Notes: generated by a model from the sequence alone, not told the origin. Shown: positions 10,057 to 19,786, counted from the first letter of the stretch. The stretch: 54,328 nt of DNA from Thermoplasmatota archaeon (GCA_036138175.1 JAZAAK010000039.1:1-54328); one strand, 5' to 3'. Numbers and translations: made by a program.

Positions 10057-11855
10057 GCGTACAATTCGAGTCTCTTTCTAATTCCATTCCACTTATGGAC
10101 TGTAAGAGCTAAGTCAGAATTATGGTTTGGTCTAAAGGAAGAAATGTCGGCTGACGCCTTGAGATGAACCTCAACTTCTCCAACTCCATCTATACTACCA
10201 ATTATTGTCTGCCCTCCTCGATATTCATCATCAATACCGATCGAGAAAGTTCTCTCAATTTTGTCTACGCGTACCGATGCTTGAGCGATTTTGCCCATTG
10301 CAGCCTCGATAATTTCGACTTGGTCGTTTAGGAAGCGTGATTCATTCAATGCTATAGAAATTGCAACTAAATCTAGACCAGTTGATTCGGTAGTAACCTC
10401 TGGTTCAGGGGTTTCTTCAACAGCAACCTCCGAGGTTGTATCGGGTGTCGGATCATATGTTGGAGAAACTGTATCTAGCACTACTTCGGCAGCATGGTCA
10501 ACAACGGTATTCACTACCGCATCCACGATTGCCTCTTCGGGAGTTTGGGCATCTAACCCAGCTTGGGCTGCCACCGTTGCAGCCCCTACACCTACTGCAC
10601 CAGTGACAGCGGCGGCCTTTGCCAAATCCTCCGGTGGAGGCAGATTCTCGACCATCTTTGCCAGAATAGAATCTGCATTACTTGACCACATTCGCCTCGC
10701 TGGAGATTGAAATAAGAATGGTAAATCACGTATCTTCTCTTCAGCCATTTCATCCGCTGCTGCTCTAGCCTCATCCAAGCTTTGGTTTGGATTGGAAAGT
10801 AAGTTCTCAAGATCGTTAGTGAATTCAGGTCCAAAATCTGACAACATCTTATCCACAGAGTTCAATCCATCGTCTGAGGAGTATTCTAGATTGGCTTCAG
10901 AAGACTCCATCGGAATTGGGATTATTTCTTCCACTTCCGCCAAATCAACGCTGAACTCGACATAAGCCAGTTCATCACCAGAACCATCATTCATTCTGAT
11001 TGTCCAATCGCCCTCCCCTGGGTTTTCGAAAATATGAGTTCCAATCGATTGTCCCTCCATATCAAAATACGACAAACGATTGTATCTATTTACAGTAGAA
11101 TCACCATGCTCTATATCAGCAGGGACAACACCTAACCATGAATCAGAACCTAATGTAGGTCCAGTGAAATTAACCAATATTGATTCATTTGACTTGTATC
11201 TTCCTTTTTCCAATTCAATTCGAATATCTGCTGTATCTTCATTTTCCGCTTCTTCGGCATTAGGAGTTAATCTATCGCCAACTGCGGTAATCGTGAGCAT
11301 GCCAACGCCAACCCACCTTCTTGCGCCTAAGGGAAGACCTCCGGTGGAGGGGGGTCTAGTCCATCCACCATCGTAGTGATCCTTACTACCATCTGTTCGA
11401 CGTTTGTGCAAGCTCCAAGACTTAGCGCCTCCTGCTGACATATTGTAGAAGTAAAGAGTATGACCCGAGGGTTTTGAAAAACTTGGTTGACCATTGATAT
11501 CTTCCCCACGAAGATAACCACCATTGTACTCTGGAATGGTGTGCCCTTGAATAGTAATTTCATTGATATCTCCAGTGACAGTTCCTACCTGTCCACCACC
11601 AGCCAAAGCTAGAATTTCAGCGAGATCAAGTGCGTTATCGCCGTCGCTATCGAGAGCCGAGAAAACTGCTCTAATTATTGCATCAGGAGCATTTTGGCCT
11701 GTTATTGATGCTATTGCCTGCTTGAATTCTTTGGCGTCCAAACTTCCATCATTGTTAACATCGAATTTAGAGAATATTGCCTCAGCACTAATTCCTTTTT
11801 CCTGAATAATCTCTTGCAGCTTCTTAAGTGCGACCGCTTCAAATCTTGCACTCAT
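10050..11855 (-). CDS. Multidomain EF-hand protein of unknown function
   Basis: Two EF-hand loops, DVNNDGSLDAKE and DSDGDNALDLAE, followed by beta-rich domains and acidic linkers; start set at MSARFE after an AGGTGG RBS. Confidence 0.8.
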   Translation of the reverse strand: MSARFEAVALKKLQEIIQEKGISAEAIFSKFDVNNDGSLDAKEFKQAIASITGQNAPDAIIRAVFSALDSDGDNALDLAEILALAGGGQVGTVTGDINEITIQGHTIPEYNGGYLRGEDINGQPSFSKPSGHTLYFYNMSAGGAKSWSLHKRRTDGSKDHYDGGWTRPPSTGGLPLGARRWVGVGMLTITAVGDRLTPNAEEAENEDTADIRIELEKGRYKSNESILVNFTGPTLGSDSWLGVVPADIEHGDSTVNRYNRLSYFDMEGQSIGTHIFENPGEGDWTIRMNDGSGDELAYVEFSVDLAEVEEIIPIPMESSEANLEYSSDDGLNSVDKMLSDFGPEFTNDLENLLSNPNQSLDEARAAADEMAEEKIRDLPFLFQSPARRMWSSNADSILAKMVENLPPPEDLAKAAAVTGAVGVGAATVAAQAGLDAQTPEEAIVDAVVNTVVDHAAEVVLDTVSPTYDPTPDTTSEVAVEETPEPEVTTESTGLDLVAISIALNESRFLNDQVEIIEAAMGKIAQASVRVDKIERTFSIGIDDEYRGGQTIIGSIDGVGEVEVHLKASADISSFRPNHNSDLALTVHKWNGIRKRLELYAQ

Positions 11856-11942
11856 ATGTCCACCTAATTGTGTGCTGGTCAATAGTGGTCAAGAGTATTA
11901 CGCCGGCGCAGAGGTAAATTCTCTGCCTGAATTCTGCCAAAT

Positions 11943-13094
11943 TCAAATGAATGGAGGGCGGACTACTTCTGCCCTTACTCGCCTTCTTGGACTGGCCTGA
12001 ATCCAAACCTCTGTGCCAATTTCGACATTGTCTAAGTAGGCCATGGCTATTCCTGTCCTCGATAGAGACGGGGATGGGCAGCCACTAGTTACGTATCCGA
12101 TTATTTCTGAATCGTCGTCATTAGATGATTTTACAGCGTGACCTAATCGAGGCGCAGGACCTCTGTCAAGACATCGAAGGCCATGCCATTTTACACCCGA
12201 ATCTAGTGAAGATAGAACGCGGCTACGGCCAACGAAATCATGATCCATATCTAGGCCAAATGGAACGGCTGTCTCTGCTGTGTCACGGGCAAGAAAATCT
12301 GAGGGTAAAGATTCATCAGGCTGAATTCCTAAACCTGGCCAGAGGAAGTCTTGACCGGATAATAAGTAGCCTTTCTCAAGCCTAAGTGTGTCCCTAGCGC
12401 CCAAACCAACCGGAACCAAACCGTGATGCTTACCTGACTCCAAAAGCAGATTCCATAGTAAGCCAGCCTGTTCGTTTGGAACAAAAATTTCTGCACCACT
12501 CTCACCGGTGTAACCCGTGCCCTGTATCCAACCGGTTATTCCCGCTTCATTGGGCCCAATTTCTTGACACTTGAAGCGCCCAATGCTATTTTCTCCACCC
12601 AATGCAGCGGTGAGAATTTCTCCGGAATTTGGCCCTTGTAGAGCAATGATACTTGTCTCATCTGAAAGATTCTCTACAGTTACCGAGCCATCATCAGGTA
12701 ATAATTCACTAAACCAATTCCACATGGTTGTCACCATGGAGGCATTCGGCACTCCCAATACACAATCATCCGATTTAATTGCAAAAATCATGTCATCGAT
12801 GATTTGACCCTTATGGTCAAGAAAATGTGTGTAACCGCAACGGCCTGGAGCAAAGGAAGAAACTCTCTGAGTTGATATACTCTCGAGCCACTGTCTAACT
12901 TTGTCGCCTCGGAAGGAGAAGAAGCCCATGTGTGAAACATCGAACATTCCTGCTGAAGATCTGCAAGCCAGATGTTCCTCTTGGATTGAGCTATACCATA
13001 TTGGCAATTCAAACCCATGGAAGTCAACCATCTTTGCCTCTGACTCTAGATGGCAAGCATACAACGCAGTACACACCGGTGGACTATCTGACAC
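11943..13094 (-). CDS. gcvT: Glycine cleavage system aminomethyltransferase T
   Basis: GMFDVSHMG, TGYTGESGAE, GLGARDTLRLEKG; start tentatively the GTG at 13094. Confidence 0.95.
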   Translation of the reverse strand: MSDSPPVCTALYACHLESEAKMVDFHGFELPIWYSSIQEEHLACRSSAGMFDVSHMGFFSFRGDKVRQWLESISTQRVSSFAPGRCGYTHFLDHKGQIIDDMIFAIKSDDCVLGVPNASMVTTMWNWFSELLPDDGSVTVENLSDETSIIALQGPNSGEILTAALGGENSIGRFKCQEIGPNEAGITGWIQGTGYTGESGAEIFVPNEQAGLLWNLLLESGKHHGLVPVGLGARDTLRLEKGYLLSGQDFLWPGLGIQPDESLPSDFLARDTAETAVPFGLDMDHDFVGRSRVLSSLDSGVKWHGLRCLDRGPAPRLGHAVKSSNDDDSEIIGYVTSGCPSPSLSRTGIAMAYLDNVEIGTEVWIQASPRRRVRAEVVRPPFI

Positions 13095-13235
13095 GAACCT
13101 TCGCGGAAGCGATAGGTGCAATAATCTCTCTATTGGCAAATTAGAGAGTAATGGCTCTTTTTCTGTAAATTTTAACCAAACAAATAGGACAAAGTTTTAT
13201 AACTGTCGAGCGGCACTATACAACCAAGAGTTAAC

Positions 13236-14261
13236 ATGAGTGAACGAAGCACTAAGGGGCAACATCCCAAAGAGGAGAGTACTATGATAAAACCAAAGAG
13301 AAAGAAGCCATTTGTAACTGGTGTACGCCCTTCACAGGCCAGGAATACCGAGGTTGTATCAGGTGCCTGCGAAGTTTGTGGAAGTGATGAATGGGACACG
13401 GATGTAGTACGCGGTGAAACCAGTTGTGCTGTTTGTGGATTTGTTGCAGCTCAGAATATGATTGACCCCGGAGCAGAGTGGGTAAATCACTCCGATGCGG
13501 CTGACCGCAGTAGAGTCGGGGCGCCAACAACTCTGACAATCTCTGACAAAGGCCTCTCTACCGAAATAAGTCGTATTGACTTGACTTCAGGTGCTGCAAA
13601 GCGCCATGGAATGACTGGTAAGTCGGCTCGAGACTGGCGAAGACGTCAGCGTATTGACCAGAGAAGTAAGACAAGAGACTCGCGTGCGCGTAACCTAACT
13701 ACTGCAATGCAGTTCATCCGTGATCGTGGAGACTTGCCGCCTCAGATTGAACAGCAAGCAGCTTCTCTTTACCGTCACTCAGTAGAACGTGGCTTGGTAA
13801 CTGGTCGTAGTATTCGTGGAGTGTCTGCTGCTTGTGTTTACATCGCAGCGCGAGAAGCAAGAATTCCTCGTAAAATTGAGGAGATTTCAGAAGCATTCGA
13901 TATGAGAACTGAAGTTGAACAAAAGGAGCTCAAGAGAACTATTAGGTTGGTCGCAAGAAACTTGGGTACACATCACATTACAGGACCACAAGAGTATTTC
14001 GAAAAGTTCCATTCAGACCTACAACTACCTCCCGCTGTACTAGGTGCGGCTCGAGACATGTGGAAGAAAGTTGGAGAAGACCTATCTTGGCAAGGAAAGA
14101 AGCCTTCTGGAATTGCTGGAGTAATTCTTTATCGCGTCTCGCAAGAGAGCACTTCACCAAGAACACAAAGTGAAGTGTGCAAGATATCAGGGATTAGTGA
14201 AGTGACTCTTCGTGGCTTGCTAAAGATCCTCAACCAGCTTGCGCCTCCTATTGAGGCTTGA
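13236..14261 (+). CDS. tfb: Transcription initiation factor IIB
   Basis: Zn ribbon CEVC...CAVC, IDPGAEW..RSRVGAP B-reader, cyclin repeats GRSIRGVSAACVYIAAR and GKKPSGIA, C-terminal HTH SEVTLR. Confidence 0.95.
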   Translation: MSERSTKGQHPKEESTMIKPKRKKPFVTGVRPSQARNTEVVSGACEVCGSDEWDTDVVRGETSCAVCGFVAAQNMIDPGAEWVNHSDAADRSRVGAPTTLTISDKGLSTEISRIDLTSGAAKRHGMTGKSARDWRRRQRIDQRSKTRDSRARNLTTAMQFIRDRGDLPPQIEQQAASLYRHSVERGLVTGRSIRGVSAACVYIAAREARIPRKIEEISEAFDMRTEVEQKELKRTIRLVARNLGTHHITGPQEYFEKFHSDLQLPPAVLGAARDMWKKVGEDLSWQGKKPSGIAGVILYRVSQESTSPRTQSEVCKISGISEVTLRGLLKILNQLAPPIEA

Positions 14262-14338
14262 TGGTGGACGCTGGGGGATTTGAACCCCCGGCCCCCTGGT
14301 TGCAAACCAGGTGCTCTTCCAAGCTGAGCTAAGCGCCC
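14262..14338 (-). tRNA. tRNA-Ala(TGC)
   Basis: Reverse complement GGGCGCTTAGCTCAG...CCTGG-TT-TGC-AA-CCAGG...AGCGTCCACCA; G3:U70 alanine identity pair present. Confidence 0.97.
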
Positions 14339-14541
14339 CGTGAGTCAGCCCACTTGGCAGGGGTTATTGAGTTCAACCCCCGTTCAATGAGCCGTTAGTG
14401 GTTGTTTGTCTTTGGTGGAATTGATATTTTTACTAGTAGAATTGAAATCCAACAGGCTTGGCGGGTATTCTGATACAAGTCGTGGTTAGGTTGCGGATTG
14501 CTAGTACTAGAGGACAGACTGTATCTACTTGAGGACTGAAT

Positions 14542-15594
14542 ATGCGTCACAAAATATTCGCAATTCTACTTGTTTCGATTTTGTTATCTGGGTGTTTAGG
14601 CCAAGATGACAACGATATGGAATTCAATGGAATAGAATATCGAGAACCACCTGATGCACCTGATTTTACTTTGATTGACCAAAATGGCCAGGAATTCACA
14701 CTCTCTGACCTAGATGGAAAGGTTGTTGTTGTGGCTTTTGTGTACACAAGCTGCCCTGATATTTGCCTCGCAATTTCAGCAAATATGGCATGGGCTCAAG
14801 CAAATCTGGGCGATGCAAGTGATGATGTTGTATTCGTATCAGTTACAATTGATCCTGCAAGGGATACAGTAGAACATCTATCCGACTGGACTGAATCTAG
14901 AGGATATAATTGGACACATCTAACCGCTGAAAGGCCAAGTACTCTGATGGAAGTTTACTCCTCGTGGAATGTAATTGTTGACGACGAGCACATTGCCGCT
15001 AGCGCTCCCCCTGAAGGTGCTATGAATCGGTTAGTGTTCCTAAATTCAAGCAACGAGACAATAGTTGTGGATTATGTAAATTCAAAATTACAGGTCTCTG
15101 ATACAGTCGCTGATTTAGACAATAAAACAAGAAATTCTGCAGAAGTTAATTTCTCCACAGATGGCTGGAAATTGATGAATTGGAACCATACCTCATGGAG
15201 TTGGCAAGAATCAGAAGAAGGCTATCTTGAGGAATTCGCTACTCACGATGATCACCTGGCTTGGGTCGAGTCAGGAGCAAACACTTCTCTGCTTCCAGTA
15301 GGTGTTGATTGTAATGGCCACGGCTGGGTAATGGGAGAAGGCTCGAGTGCTCATTGTATGTGTGATGAAGGCTATGAGCGGCCGAATGGAGATTACCTAT
15401 CATGCGTCCTAGAAGGTTCTACAGATGGCGAAGAAACTAATCCTCATGAGGAGTCTTTAGGGGATTACGAAATAGGACATTCAACCGTAACCTTCGTACT
15501 GGATAAACAACTCAGAAAGAGATTGGCTTGGACTGGTACCGCTTGGGATTTAGACCTCTTCGTAGAAGATTTACAAAATCTAGCAAATGAGTGA
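14542..15594 (+). CDS. SCO1/SenC family lipoprotein with a large internal insertion
   Basis: Lipobox LSGC, APDFTLIDQNG, CPDIC (CxxxC), VTIDPARD, distal YEIGHS His motif; about 150 extra residues between the SCO halves. Confidence 0.9.
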   Translation: MRHKIFAILLVSILLSGCLGQDDNDMEFNGIEYREPPDAPDFTLIDQNGQEFTLSDLDGKVVVVAFVYTSCPDICLAISANMAWAQANLGDASDDVVFVSVTIDPARDTVEHLSDWTESRGYNWTHLTAERPSTLMEVYSSWNVIVDDEHIAASAPPEGAMNRLVFLNSSNETIVVDYVNSKLQVSDTVADLDNKTRNSAEVNFSTDGWKLMNWNHTSWSWQESEEGYLEEFATHDDHLAWVESGANTSLLPVGVDCNGHGWVMGEGSSAHCMCDEGYERPNGDYLSCVLEGSTDGEETNPHEESLGDYEIGHSTVTFVLDKQLRKRLAWTGTAWDLDLFVEDLQNLANE

Positions 15595-15677
15595 ATTTTT
15601 TGAAAACATGTGCATCCTAGGTGCACATAAGAAAAAAAGCAAGTTGACTTTTTACGTTCAATATAGGAGGAAGTTGT

Positions 15678-16373
15678 ATGGACAAAGAGCAGGTCCGAAG
15701 CCTGACATTGGCTTTTTTGATGATCGGTAGCGTCATGCTAGGACTTTTCTTTCTTGGAGTGGAAACCGATGTTTCAGATCAACCCCCAACAATAACCGGG
15801 GAAGAACCTGGTGATTTTCTAGTAGGGGAAGTCACAAGCATCACAGTTTCTGTTAATGACGAATCTCTTGATGACATATACCTAGAAGTGTCTTTGAATA
15901 ATGCAAAATTACCAGATACCTACCTAGATGAAAATGGACAATATGTAGTCGATATTACCGGACTCAACACAGGCACACATTCGCTTGGCATTTTAGCAAG
16001 AGATTACCTAAACCAAGAGACAAATTGGGAAACTGAATTTACAATTTCATATCCTGAAGAAGGAGTTACTGAAATTATTCTTGATAATTTTGCAACCACT
16101 ATCGAGCACGGTAGTAACGCTATTCTTAGTGGGAATCTATCACACACATCGATTGAAACTTGTGAGTTTGTTTGGTCCGATTCTGATATTGATGAATCTA
16201 GTTTGAATGTAGCAATTGATGAAAATGGCCATTTTGCAATGGAGTTCACAGAATTGGAAGAAAATTTATTCATCATGATGGAAGCAAATTGCGGCGAAAA
16301 TGTGACAACGACGGATAAGGTGACAATCGAATATATTGTCGAAAAGAGTGACGAAAATTCTTCTGAAGATTAG
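15678..16373 (+). CDS. Hypothetical membrane-anchored acidic protein, probably Ig-like beta domains
   Basis: N-terminal TM helix; DQPPTIT...GTHSLGILARD pattern; GGAGG RBS upstream. Confidence 0.7.
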   Translation: MDKEQVRSLTLAFLMIGSVMLGLFFLGVETDVSDQPPTITGEEPGDFLVGEVTSITVSVNDESLDDIYLEVSLNNAKLPDTYLDENGQYVVDITGLNTGTHSLGILARDYLNQETNWETEFTISYPEEGVTEIILDNFATTIEHGSNAILSGNLSHTSIETCEFVWSDSDIDESSLNVAIDENGHFAMEFTELEENLFIMMEANCGENVTTTDKVTIEYIVEKSDENSSED

Positions 16374-16385
16374 CAAAATAGCCAA

Positions 16386-17882
16386 TCATAGAATTGGCAT
16401 CTTTGAAAGACGCTCGAGATCCGGTTGGTATAATTCTCTGATATCATCCAATCCTAGTACAAGCATTGCAAGACGCTCTAGACCCATCCCCCACGCACAT
16501 ACCGGCCATTCGGTACCAAGTGGTTCAGTGACTTCTGGCCGGAAAATTCCCGAGCCGCCTAGTTCTAGCCATTCACCACGCCAGTAAACTTCGACCTCTA
16601 CCGATGGCTCGGTGTAAGGGAAGTAAGCAGGACGTACACGAACATCGGGGTATCCCATCTTTGCGTAGAAGGTTTTGAGGGTAGAAATTAGCATTGGAAG
16701 ATTGGCATCTGGTTCGTGGATTATTCCTTCGATTTGATGAAACTCAGGAAGATGAGTACGGTCAATTGTCTCTTGTCTAAATACACGACCGATGCCAAAA
16801 ACTCGACTTGGGGCATGTGGGTTTTCTGCAATATGACGTATTGTATTGACCGTCGTATGTGTCCTTAGTAAGCCCTTTTGAGCTTCTTCTTTGTCAAATT
16901 TAACCCCCCATCCTTTGCTTCCTGTATCATGTCCGTGCTCATGCACCTTAGCCCATAGGTCGAGCATTTCAGGTGCAACTTCTACCTTCTCTGGATTGTT
17001 AAGATAGAATGTGTCTTGCATAGTTCTAGCGGGGTGAGATTGAGGGATGAATAAAGCATCCATATTCCACCCTGCTGATTGAACATAATCTCCATCAATT
17101 TCTGAGAAGCCCATTTCCAAGAAAACCGAACGAATTCGCTCTATCAGCGCTTGCATAGGATGCGGTCTGCCTCCGGCAGGAATAGGCGCTGGAGCATTGA
17201 CATCGAATGGTTTGAATTCAGCATCTCTCCAAGATTCTCCTTGAAGAAGTTCAGGTGTAATCTCACCAATTTGTTCAATTTCTTCCAAATCCTCAACATT
17301 GTATTTGGCACCATCCTTAGTCAAGGTCCAATTCCTAGTGATACTGTTCTCGATTTCAATCAAGCCCTTCCTATTCTGGAAATGGTCGATGAGAGATGCG
17401 TCAAGAGAATCTGCGTCTTGAGTGGTTTCTGCTAAACTATTGATGAATGAAGTTCGATTTTCTATAGTTGCAGAAACCTCTTCCTGATCTTGCCAAACAA
17501 AAGTGCCTGATTCGACCCTAACTCCTAATGATTTCAGAAGTCCAACACCGGGTCCAGCTTCGTGACGATCAAAACCGGCAGAGAACAAACCTTGCATATT
17601 CCTTTCAGATTCTTTGGATTGTAGTAACCAATTCCAAATTCGTGCCTCTAACAAACCATTTTTTGCAGCGTTAAGTCCTTCCGGACCAAGTGCAACTGTG
17701 CGAGATGAGGACTCGGTGATTTCTACTAGTCCCGCCTCTTTTAGCGCCTGGCCGGCACCTGCAACATGGACTTGATCTGTCCATTTCGTCACCTCTAGAA
17801 TTTCTGAAAGCGTCCAATTGCGCGAGCTGTGGGAAAGTAATGCTCGAAGCATTCTTCGCTCGTTATTTCCCAGACTCAACAC
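16386..17882 (-). CDS. pheS: Phenylalanyl-tRNA synthetase alpha subunit (archaeal long form)
   Basis: HPARTMQDTFY, LLRTHTT, FRQETIDRTHLPEFHQIEG, YFPYTEPS, WGMGLERLAM. Confidence 0.97.
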   Translation of the reverse strand: MLSLGNNERRMLRALLSHSSRNWTLSEILEVTKWTDQVHVAGAGQALKEAGLVEITESSSRTVALGPEGLNAAKNGLLEARIWNWLLQSKESERNMQGLFSAGFDRHEAGPGVGLLKSLGVRVESGTFVWQDQEEVSATIENRTSFINSLAETTQDADSLDASLIDHFQNRKGLIEIENSITRNWTLTKDGAKYNVEDLEEIEQIGEITPELLQGESWRDAEFKPFDVNAPAPIPAGGRPHPMQALIERIRSVFLEMGFSEIDGDYVQSAGWNMDALFIPQSHPARTMQDTFYLNNPEKVEVAPEMLDLWAKVHEHGHDTGSKGWGVKFDKEEAQKGLLRTHTTVNTIRHIAENPHAPSRVFGIGRVFRQETIDRTHLPEFHQIEGIIHEPDANLPMLISTLKTFYAKMGYPDVRVRPAYFPYTEPSVEVEVYWRGEWLELGGSGIFRPEVTEPLGTEWPVCAWGMGLERLAMLVLGLDDIRELYQPDLERLSKMPIL

Positions 17883-17942
17883 CTCACCTCGAATTCTTCG
17901 CTGATGCCTTCTCGCTTTGATGCTTGCTTAGGAATAATCCAT

Positions 17943-18347
17943 TCATTCTTCTTCTGCCACCCAGAGTTCTGTTTTGCATTCCGCACAATTGTAGAATGCT
18001 GGTTTCCTGCCATCAACCCACTCTAAATGTCCACAACGGCCACACAGAATCGAGGTTTTTATCGGAGGGTCCAATGATGTATCGACCCGATACATAGCTC
18101 GTCCTGCATCGGGCATCTTTACTGCGTCAGGAGCCCATGCGGCTAATTCATCTGGGTCGACTGATGATTCATCAGGCATTCCTAACCCAAAGAGAAGTAA
18201 TGCAGCACCAGCGATAGACAATGGTCCGCCTACCGCTATTGCAAATGTATTTCCAGCGGTACCGAAGACTATTCCCGCGCCTATCAGTATACACGCCCAA
18301 GCGGCAATTACCATGTTCAATTTCCTATGGGAAGTAGAGTAGGCCAT
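17943..18347 (-). CDS. Hypothetical 2-TM membrane protein with C-terminal zinc ribbon
   Basis: Two hydrophobic helices, then CGRC...CAEC. Confidence 0.75.
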   Translation of the reverse strand: MAYSTSHRKLNMVIAAWACILIGAGIVFGTAGNTFAIAVGGPLSIAGAALLLFGLGMPDESSVDPDELAAWAPDAVKMPDAGRAMYRVDTSLDPPIKTSILCGRCGHLEWVDGRKPAFYNCAECKTELWVAEEE

Positions 18348-18455
18348 ACTAATCCGTGAGATTCGGAGGGGCGATTAGGCATTCAACTTGGCCCTATTTC
18401 GGCTACCCTTCTAGGTGCAGGGTTCAAGAATCGAATGTGGTCAGCGGGGGGTGCT

Positions 18456-18532
18456 GCCTCAGTAGCTCAGACTGGTAGAGCATCTGATTTGTAATCAGAC
18501 GGCCGGGGGTTCGAATCCCTCCTGGGGCTCCA
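18456..18532 (+). tRNA. tRNA-Thr(TGT)
   Basis: GCCTCAGTAGCTCAG...TCTGA-TT-TGT-AA-TCAGA...GTTCGAATCC...CTGGGGCTCCA, followed by a T-rich tract. Confidence 0.97.
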
Positions 18533-18609
18533 TTTTTCCTTCCTCTTCTAGACTAAGTTAGTCTTCTTCTAGAAAAAAGGTCAAGTCGGATGTAGAAGGG
18601 GGCTACTTC

Positions 18610-19485
18610 GTGAGCGCGGTTATACTCGATGGTAAGGCCTTGGGATTGCGTATTGAGGCGGGTCTGGCTGAGAGGGTGTCTGCACTGAATGAATCAGGAG
18701 TTGAAACCCATCTTGCAGTTGTACTTGCTGGAGACGATCCTGCAAGTCATGTTTATGTTAGAAACAAACAACGAGCTTGCGAAAGATGTGGAATAAAAAG
18801 CACGAGAATTGACCTTCCAAACGATGTTACTCAAGAGAAATTAATGCAAGTTGTTGCAAACCTAAACTCTGATGAATCTGTTCATGGAATACTTGTTCAA
18901 AGCCCCACTCCAAACGGAACAGACGAATTGGCCATAACTGAATCAATCGACCCCTCAAAAGATGTTGATGGATTCCACCCTACTAATCTTGGAAGATTGG
19001 TAATGGGTCAAACAGATGGTATGCTGCCCTGTACCCCTGCCGGCGTAATGCAGATGATTGAGGATGCTGCTATCGACCTATCTGGAAAGAAAGCAGTGGT
19101 CATTGGTCGATCACGCATAGTTGGGATGCCTTTAGCTCTATTATTGGCTCAGAAAGGCATAGACGCCACAGTAACAATTGCTCATTCTAGAACTCAAAAT
19201 ATTGCAGAAATCTGTCGAAGCGCTGACCTAGTTGTGGCAGCGATTGGCCGACCTGCTACCGTCCAAACAGATTGGATAAAGCCGGGGGCGACAGTAATCG
19301 ATGTAGGAATCAATCGGGTTATCGATGAATCGAGAGAAAGTGGTAGTCGTCTTGCTGGAGATGTGGACCCCGCTGTAACAGAGGTAGCAGGGCATATGAC
19401 ACCTGTACCCGGCGGAGTTGGACCAATGACTATCTCGATGTTGATGAGCAATACGGTGAAAGCAGCAGAAATGCGATTAGATTAA
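18610..19485 (+). CDS. folD: Bifunctional methylene-THF dehydrogenase/cyclohydrolase
   Basis: YVRNK, KDVDGFHP, PCTPAG, GRSRIVG, TPVPGGVGPMT. Confidence 0.97.
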   Translation: MSAVILDGKALGLRIEAGLAERVSALNESGVETHLAVVLAGDDPASHVYVRNKQRACERCGIKSTRIDLPNDVTQEKLMQVVANLNSDESVHGILVQSPTPNGTDELAITESIDPSKDVDGFHPTNLGRLVMGQTDGMLPCTPAGVMQMIEDAAIDLSGKKAVVIGRSRIVGMPLALLLAQKGIDATVTIAHSRTQNIAEICRSADLVVAAIGRPATVQTDWIKPGATVIDVGINRVIDESRESGSRLAGDVDPAVTEVAGHMTPVPGGVGPMTISMLMSNTVKAAEMRLD

Positions 19486-19784
19486 AACACGCCAAGCTCG
19501 AACTTTCCATCCTCCGTAGCATGGATTTTTGGATCCCAAGGCGGAGAAAATGTCAGGTTTACGTGGACACTATCAATACCCTCTGTGGTTAGAGCCGCTC
19601 GGTGCACTGCTGCCATAAGTTCGGGTGCAACTGGGCAGCCTGGGCTTGTCAGAGTCATATCGATTTCAGCATGTGCATCATCAATTCTGACTTCGTAAAT
19701 CAGCCCTAAATCAATAACTGAGATTTTCATTTCTGGATCTTCAACCTCGATTAGAGATTCACGAATCAATGCCTCGTCGACCAT
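19482..19784 (-). CDS. DUF59/SufT-like Fe-S cluster assembly protein
   Basis: DPE...VIDLGLIY, MTLTSPGCP, PPW. Confidence 0.92.
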   Translation of the reverse strand: MVDEALIRESLIEVEDPEMKISVIDLGLIYEVRIDDAHAEIDMTLTSPGCPVAPELMAAVHRAALTTEGIDSVHVNLTFSPPWDPKIHATEDGKFELGVF

Positions 19785-19786
19785 AA

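Noticed and set aside
14262-16373. Possible tRNA-anchored genomic island (AT-richer SCO and Ig-like genes; likewise 50280-50792 beside tRNA-Ser)
   Set aside because: No integrase and no duplicated tRNA 3' end (att site) seen; the compositional shift was judged only by eye.
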